NCBI GenBank assembly: GCA_026129405.1
Contig: JAHCID010000003.1
Span: 59,257 to 123,256, forward strand
Source of the DNA: a bacterium
GTDB taxonomy: Bacteria; Desulfobacterota; Binatia; DP-6
Direction: 5' to 3'
DNA: 64,000 nt
In this document: in pieces, positions 58,839 to 64,000 of the stretch
Layout: every line of letters begins with the position of its first letter
How positions within the stretch are numbered: the first letter of the stretch is position 1
Position numbers and translations under genes: made by a program
The notes under the pieces: generated by a model
Seen by the model: only the letters and a program-made list of their open reading frames with translations
Databases searched by the model: none
What the model was told of the DNA's origin: nothing

Positions 58839-60164
58839 ATGGGCGGGCGTCTTCTGCGGGCGACGGTCGGACTCTTCGTGGTGTTCGCGACCGCGCTGGC
58901 CCTGGTCGTCCCGCCGTTCGAGATGCCCGACGAGCCGGCCCACGTCGCCTACGTGAGCTTCGTCGGCACGCGGCTCGCGTTGCCGAACCAGGGGGATCCG
59001 GCGGCACGTGTCGAAGGGCAGGGGCACCAGGCGCCGCTCTACTACGTCCTCGCGAGCACGCTCGTCTGGCTGGCGACCGGCGACGGACGGCTGGAGGTCG
59101 TGCGCGCCGAGAACGTCGCGCACGCGTGGCACGGCGGCGCGCGCTACGACGTGCCCCTCTACCGCAGCGACGACACGAATCGCTTCCCCTCGCCGCGGGA
59201 CCGGCTGGCGTTCTACGGGCTGCGCCTCGTGTCGGTCGCGCTCGGGGCGGCGACGGTGGCCTGCGTGGGCCTCGCGGCGGGGCTGATGCTCGGCGCGGAG
59301 GCCGGCGCCGTCGCCGCGCTCCTCGTCGCCACGCTGCCGCAGTTCGCCGCCGTCGCCGCGGCCGTCACCGCCGACGACCTCGCCCAGCTGCTCGCGGCGC
59401 TGTTCGCCTGGCAGCTGCTCGTGGGGCTCTCCCGGGGCGGCGACCCGCGCGCGGGTACGCGGGCAGGCGTGTTCCTCGGGCTCGCGCTGCTCACCAAGAA
59501 GACGGCGCTCTGTCTCGTGCCTGGCGTTCCGCTCGCGCTGGCCGGCGGCGTCGTGCTCGGCCGGCTCGACGGCAGGGCGGCGCTGCGTCTCGGCCTCCGC
59601 GTGCTCGCGATAGGCCTCGTCGTGGTGGCGCCATGGTTGGCCCGCAACCAGCTCCTCTACGGCGATCCGCTCGGCAGCGCGATGGAGCGGGCGACGCTGC
59701 ATGCGCTCGTCGACGAGAAGGCGTTCGGCGATCCGTGGTGGTGGACGACGTTCGCCCCGTGGACGGCGGCGTCGTTCGTCGGCGTCCTCGGCTGGCTGAA
59801 CCTGTGGCTGCCGCGGCCGGTCTACTGGGGCTACGCGGGCCTCGCGCTCGTCGCCGTCGTCGGGCTCGCCCTGCGTGCGGCGCGCCCGCGGCGGGAGGAC
59901 GTCGCCCTCGCCGTCGCGGCGGGGTTCGTGCTCCTCAGCGTCGCCGGCGTGGTGCACTTGAATCGCACCTTCCCGCAGCCGCAGGGACGCTACCTCTTCG
60001 TCGTCATGCCGTTCCTCGCGACGCTGGCCGCCGCCGGTCTCGTCGAGGTGGGGCGGCGGGTGCGGCTCGACGCGACGGCGCTGTGGTGCCTCCTGCTCGG
60101 GCCGCTCCTCGTCGTCGACGCGGTGACGGTCTGGCGGGTGGTGCGCTTCTTCGCGCCGGCTTGA
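58839..60164 (+). CDS. GT-C-fold membrane glycosyltransferase (ArnT/PMT/GT83-like)
   Basis: About 11 TM helices. First-loop acidic motif FEMPDEPAHVAYV, characteristic of ArnT/PMT-type lipid-linked sugar transferases. Confidence 0.6.
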   Translation: MGGRLLRATVGLFVVFATALALVVPPFEMPDEPAHVAYVSFVGTRLALPNQGDPAARVEGQGHQAPLYYVLASTLVWLATGDGRLEVVRAENVAHAWHGGARYDVPLYRSDDTNRFPSPRDRLAFYGLRLVSVALGAATVACVGLAAGLMLGAEAGAVAALLVATLPQFAAVAAAVTADDLAQLLAALFAWQLLVGLSRGGDPRAGTRAGVFLGLALLTKKTALCLVPGVPLALAGGVVLGRLDGRAALRLGLRVLAIGLVVVAPWLARNQLLYGDPLGSAMERATLHALVDEKAFGDPWWWTTFAPWTAASFVGVLGWLNLWLPRPVYWGYAGLALVAVVGLALRAARPRREDVALAVAAGFVLLSVAGVVHLNRTFPQPQGRYLFVVMPFLATLAAAGLVEVGRRVRLDATALWCLLLGPLLVVDAVTVWRVVRFFAPA

Positions 60165-60198
60165 CCGCGCGGGAGACCGATCGTAGGACACTCGCCCG

Positions 60199-61005
60199 GT
60201 GTACGACTTCACGGCGGCGTACGCGGTGGCCGAGGGCATCCCCGGGTGGCTGATGCCGAACGAGGCAGAAGCGCTCTATCGCCTCGGCTTCGAGTCGACC
60301 GGCGATCTGGTCGAGGTGGGCAGCTACTTCGGCAAGTCGACGTTCCTGATCGCCCGCGGCATGGCCGACGCCGGGCGCGACGACCATCGCCTCGTCTCCA
60401 TCGACGTCCACTATCGCGGCGTCGATGCGGCCACGCAGCGGCCCCAGGTGTTCGCGGAGGACGCGCCCACCTACCTCCTGCGCACCATGCGCGAGCAGCG
60501 GCTCGACCACATCGTGATGCACCTGGTGGGCTGGTCGCACGTCGCCGTCACCTACGTCGACTTCGCGACCGTCGACGCGGTCTTCATCGACGGCGGGCAC
60601 GAGTACGAGGACGTGCGACGCGACTTCCTCGCGGTGCGTGCCCGCGTGCGCGCCGGGACGCGCATCCTCTTCCACGACTACAATCCCGAGTTCCCCGGCG
60701 TGGTGCGCGCGGTCGATGAGGCGGTGCGCACCGATCCGGGCTTCGAGTACCTCGGGCTCACGCACTCGTTGTTCGACTGCCGCATGCGGACGGGGGCGGA
60801 ACGGGGCGAGCGGGGCGTGCTCGCCGTGCTCGAGCAGCGCGTCTGGGCGGCCGAGGGCGCGGAGCGCCGCCTGCGCGACGCGCTCGAGGTCGAGCAGCAG
60901 TCGCATCGCGACACCCGCGCGGCGTTCGACGCCCTGCGCGATTCGACCAGCTGGCGCGTGACGGCGCCGCTGCGCTGGAGCCTGGACCGCCTGCGCGGCC
61001 GATGA
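60199..61005 (+). CDS. class I SAM-dependent methyltransferase (O-methyltransferase/Methyltransf_24-like) with C-terminal coiled-coil
   Basis: GTG start. VEVGSYFGKSTFLIARG (motif I region)...AVFIDGGHEYEDVRRDF...ILFHDY. Confidence 0.65.
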   Translation: MYDFTAAYAVAEGIPGWLMPNEAEALYRLGFESTGDLVEVGSYFGKSTFLIARGMADAGRDDHRLVSIDVHYRGVDAATQRPQVFAEDAPTYLLRTMREQRLDHIVMHLVGWSHVAVTYVDFATVDAVFIDGGHEYEDVRRDFLAVRARVRAGTRILFHDYNPEFPGVVRAVDEAVRTDPGFEYLGLTHSLFDCRMRTGAERGERGVLAVLEQRVWAAEGAERRLRDALEVEQQSHRDTRAAFDALRDSTSWRVTAPLRWSLDRLRGR

Positions 61006-62663
61006 GCGGGCGGCGCGCGGCGGCGCTCCGGGTGGCCATCGGCGTCGCGGCCCTCGCCTACGTCGCCCACGTCACGACGCTCGCCGGCGGCGGCGATCTC
61101 TGGCGCTATCCGTACGTCCACGCGGACTCGTGGGACTGGCTCGCGAACGGGCTGCGGTGGAGCGGGGTGCCCGTCCACTCGACCTGGCGCGCACCGCTCA
61201 ACCCGCTCGTCTACGCCGCGCTGTGGAGCCACGGGCTCGAGCACGCGATCCCCTGGCTGGCGCCGCTCGGCTTCGCGGCGATCCTGGTCGGCCTGCTGAC
61301 GATCGGCTGGGCGGCGCTGGGACCCGCGGCGGCGGCGGGGGCGCTGCTGGTCGCGAGCAACCACCTGCTCCTCGCGCACGCGCTCACGATCGGCAGCGAC
61401 GTCCTCTCGGCAGGTCTCGGCCTGCTCGGCCTGCTCGCGCTGTGCGTGGCGATGGAGCGTCGCGCGGCGGGGTGGCTCTACGTCGCCTCGGCGGGGCTCG
61501 TGCTCGGGTTCCTCACCCAGCCGTCGACGCCGTTCCTCGCGCCGGCGTGCGCCGCCGTCGTGCTCTACGACGCGCGGGCGCGGCGGTGGGTCGGTCTCGA
61601 CGGCGTGCGCTGGCTGCTGCGGCGCCGGCACGCGTGGGGCGCGCTGGCGCTGGGGGTCGGCCTGCTCGCCGCCGTGGCGTGCCTGCGGCGGCTGCTCATC
61701 GGCACGTGGACGACGCCGAGCTCGATCGGGCGACCGGTGGTCTTCGGGCTCGATCACGCGGCGTTCTACGGCTGGTGCACGCTCGGGGCCCTCGGCATCC
61801 CGGCGGCCGTGCTGGCCGGGTTCGGCGTCGTCTCCGGCCTGCGCCACGCGGAGCGCCGCCGGGCGACGTTGGCGCTGGTGGGCGCGGTGGCGGGCATGGT
61901 CGCGCTCTTCGGCTTCGCGTACGACTGGCGCGACAACCGCTTCGTCGTCTACTGGGCCGCGCCGGGCCTCCTCCTCGCCGGGCTCGGCGTCACGCGGCTG
62001 CCGCTCGCGGCGGCGCTGCCCGCCCTGGCCGCGGCCGTCGTCTGGGGCAACCTGACGGCACGCGCCGCCGGCGGCCCTCCGGGGCATGCGGCGGCGATCG
62101 TGCTCGCGCCGCATCGGGTCTGGGAGATCGCCTATCATGCGACCGGGACGACGACGGCGGTGGTGGCGACCGACCGTCCCGCGTACCCGTTCGCGCGCCG
62201 CGTGCGGCGCTGGGTGCGTCGCCAGCAGCGCCGGTTCGCGAATCCCGCGCGCGACGGGATCGTCTTCGCGGAGCGCCGGTACGCGGTCGCGGCCGGCGCG
62301 GCGCGGCATCTGGGGCCGAACCAGACGCTCTTCCTGCACGTCGGCCCCGACGAGGATCCGACCTACGTCTACGTGCTGCAGAACCAGATGGCGCTGTGGA
62401 GCGGCCACCCGGCGCAGGCCACGCGCCTCGGCGTGCCGGCGGCGGCGGCGGTGCTCGCCGATCCGACCGCGATCGTCGTCCTGCGGCGGGCGGAGCTCGA
62501 CCGCCTGCGCGCCGAGCATATCGTGGCACCGGACGTGACCGTGCTCGACGACGGCGCGGCCTGGATGCTGATCGGCCTCGGTCCCGGCCGCGGGGCTCAG
62601 GGGCGGGCGCGGAACTCGCGCACGATGTCGTCGAGCGAGCGCGTGATCCCCCAGCCCGGATAG
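61002..62663 (+). CDS. polytopic membrane protein (putative GT-C-like / polymer-export-associated), unknown family
   Basis: ATG overlaps the methyltransferase stop (ATGA). About 10-11 TM helices followed by a soluble C-terminal domain. The 3' end overlaps the convergent epimerase gene. Confidence 0.45.
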   Translation: MSGRRAAALRVAIGVAALAYVAHVTTLAGGGDLWRYPYVHADSWDWLANGLRWSGVPVHSTWRAPLNPLVYAALWSHGLEHAIPWLAPLGFAAILVGLLTIGWAALGPAAAAGALLVASNHLLLAHALTIGSDVLSAGLGLLGLLALCVAMERRAAGWLYVASAGLVLGFLTQPSTPFLAPACAAVVLYDARARRWVGLDGVRWLLRRRHAWGALALGVGLLAAVACLRRLLIGTWTTPSSIGRPVVFGLDHAAFYGWCTLGALGIPAAVLAGFGVVSGLRHAERRRATLALVGAVAGMVALFGFAYDWRDNRFVVYWAAPGLLLAGLGVTRLPLAAALPALAAAVVWGNLTARAAGGPPGHAAAIVLAPHRVWEIAYHATGTTTAVVATDRPAYPFARRVRRWVRRQQRRFANPARDGIVFAERRYAVAAGAARHLGPNQTLFLHVGPDEDPTYVYVLQNQMALWSGHPAQATRLGVPAAAAVLADPTAIVVLRRAELDRLRAEHIVAPDVTVLDDGAAWMLIGLGPGRGAQGRARNSRTMSSSERVIPQPG

Positions 62664-63634
62664 TCGGCCTGGAGGCGGCGCAGGTCGCTGATGTAGCAGA
62701 CGTGGTCGCCGACGCGGTTCTGGTCGACGTACTCGACGGCGAGCTTGCGGCCGTAGAGATCCTCGAAGCGCGCGATCGCCTCGCGCATCGAGACGCTGTT
62801 CCCGCGGCCGCCCCCGAGGTTGTAGACCGCGGCGACCCGCGGCTTCTCGTAGAAGGCGAGGAACGCGGTGCACACGTCGTAGGAGTGGATGTTGTCGCGG
62901 ACCTGCTTCCCCGCGTAGCCGTAGATGCGGTACGGCCGGCCCTCGCGCACGCAACGGGCGAGGTAGGCGAGAAAGCCGTGCAGCTCGGCACCGGAGTGGT
63001 TCGGACCGGTGAGGCAGCCGCCGCGGTAGCAGACGGTCGGGATGCCGAAGTAGCGGCCGTACTCCTGCACCATGACGTCGGCGGCGAGCTTCGAGGCGCC
63101 GAACAGGCTGTGCAGGCAGGCATCGACGCGGCACGACTCGGCGATGCCGTGCCGGTCTTCCGCGCGCGCGTAGTCCCAGCGCGTGTCGAGCTCGACGAGC
63201 GGCAGCTCGTTCGGCGCGTCGCCGTACACCTTGTTCGTCGACATGAAGACGAACGGCGATTCGGGACAGCTGCGGCGCACGGCCTCGAGCAGGTTCAGCG
63301 TGCCCGTGGCGTTGGTCTCGAAGTCGTCGAAGGGGCGGTCCTTGGCGAGGTCGTGCGACGGCTGGGCGGCGGCGTGGATCACCAGCGCGGGACGCAGCGC
63401 CGCCACCAGAGCGGCGATGGCGGCGCGGTCGCGGATGTCGAGGGCGTGGTGCGTGAAGCGGGTGGTGACGGCGCGCAGGCGCTCGAGGTTCCAGGTCGTG
63501 TCGCCGTCGGGGCCGAAGAACTCGCGGCGCATGTTGTTGTCGACGCCGTGGACCTCCCATCCGCGCGCATCGAAGAACGCCACGGCCTCGGAGCCGATGA
63601 GGCCGCTGCTGCCGGTGATGAGTGCCCGCCGCAT
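62597..63634 (-). CDS. NAD-dependent epimerase/dehydratase (SDR family, CDP-sugar 2-epimerase-like)
   Basis: [18 protein letters not shown] (GxxGxxG Rossmann)...catalytic Y-x3-K (YGASKLAAD). The internal Met start is chosen. Confidence 0.8.
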   Translation of the reverse strand: MRRALITGSSGLIGSEAVAFFDARGWEVHGVDNNMRREFFGPDGDTTWNLERLRAVTTRFTHHALDIRDRAAIAALVAALRPALVIHAAAQPSHDLAKDRPFDDFETNATGTLNLLEAVRRSCPESPFVFMSTNKVYGDAPNELPLVELDTRWDYARAEDRHGIAESCRVDACLHSLFGASKLAADVMVQEYGRYFGIPTVCYRGGCLTGPNHSGAELHGFLAYLARCVREGRPYRIYGYAGKQVRDNIHSYDVCTAFLAFYEKPRVAAVYNLGGGRGNSVSMREAIARFEDLYGRKLAVEYVDQNRVGDHVCYISDLRRLQADYPGWGITRSLDDIVREFRARP

Positions 63635-63689
63635 GTGCCGCCAGCCTGTACCGGAGCCTCGCCCGGGCGGGCAACCGCGGCGCGCATCG

Positions 63690-64000
63690 TCAGGGCGCGA
63701 GCGGCTCGACCCGGACCCAGTCGGCGAGGCGCTCGCGCCGGCGCGTGCCGGTCGCATCGCGTGCGGTCAGCCACACGCCGCCGGCCGCGCCGTCGGGGAG
63801 CCGGGGCGAGACGTCGCCGCGCGTGCGCACGAGGAGGTAGGTGCCTGCCGGACGCAAGATCACCGCGTCGTCCTCCACGCCGGCCTCGAGGGCGGCGGCG
63901 CCGCCGAGCGCGACGACGGCACGCGCGCGCCAGCGCGCGCGTCGCGGCGTCGCCAGCCCGCAGGGGCGCGTCGGGCGCGACGCTCAGCACCGCACGCAGG
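63690..64000 (-). CDS. possible 3' portion of a gene running off the window end (hypothetical)
   Basis: ORF 63690..63878 has protein-like composition. The frame stays open upstream to the window edge. Confidence 0.15.

Noticed and set aside
63379-63990. 203-aa minus ORF overlapping the epimerase start
   Set aside because: Out of frame with the strongly supported SDR epimerase N-terminus (GSSGLIGSE). Composition is R/A-rich.

Overview
This is a very GC-rich (about 70%) bacterial chromosomal segment. It is gene-dense, and the ORF track is crowded with long spurious alternate-frame and antisense ORFs, which is typical of high-GC DNA. The largest are 7856..16090 (2744 aa), 8085..12848, 14519..18634 and 49354..52926.

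Features in window order:
- A partial AsmA/DUF748-like gene at the window start.
- A TAXI-like periplasmic binding protein and a small secreted protein.
- A compact locus at 3.6-8.2 kb: UPF0104 (LPG-synthase-TM/flippase-like) membrane protein, P-loop sulfotransferase, Cys-type sulfatase and CDP-alcohol phosphatidyltransferase.
- copC and an extended copD.
- An AcrA/AcrB/OprM-type RND tripartite efflux operon, followed on the opposite strand by a sigma-54-dependent PAS regulator and a DJ-1/PfpI protein.
- A roughly 4 kb integrative island inserted in tRNA-Leu(CAG). It carries a tyrosine integrase, a 60-bp att direct repeat (the tRNA 3' half), arm-type repeats, and an IS3-family element that splits a SAP-domain ORF.
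- A metallophosphoesterase/aldo-keto reductase pair and a DUF423 protein.
- A menaquinone cluster (menF, menD, menH, menB, menA, menC, menE, plus ubiE). menB and menH are intact. The other men genes carry in-frame stops or frameshifts.
- A MerR regulator, a PQQ-type sugar dehydrogenase fused to cytochrome c, and a TonB-dependent receptor.
- Housekeeping genes valS, nadC, birA, coaX, an EF-G-like GTPase, a hypothetical and a PhyH-like dioxygenase.
- The most unusual block, at 49.3-63.7 kb. It is a 7-gene operon with overlapping start/stop codons: one GT4, three GT2, and three paralogous sulfatase-like proteins in which Thr replaces the formylglycine Cys and which share an LGYVE C-terminal tail. 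Beside it sit divergent GT-C (ArnT/PMT-like), SAM-methyltransferase, membrane-protein and NAD-epimerase genes. This looks like an uncharacterised cell-envelope glycan or lipid modification system.

No CRISPR array or rRNA was seen. All coordinates that I read by eye (tRNA, repeats, start codons) may be off by 1-2 nt.
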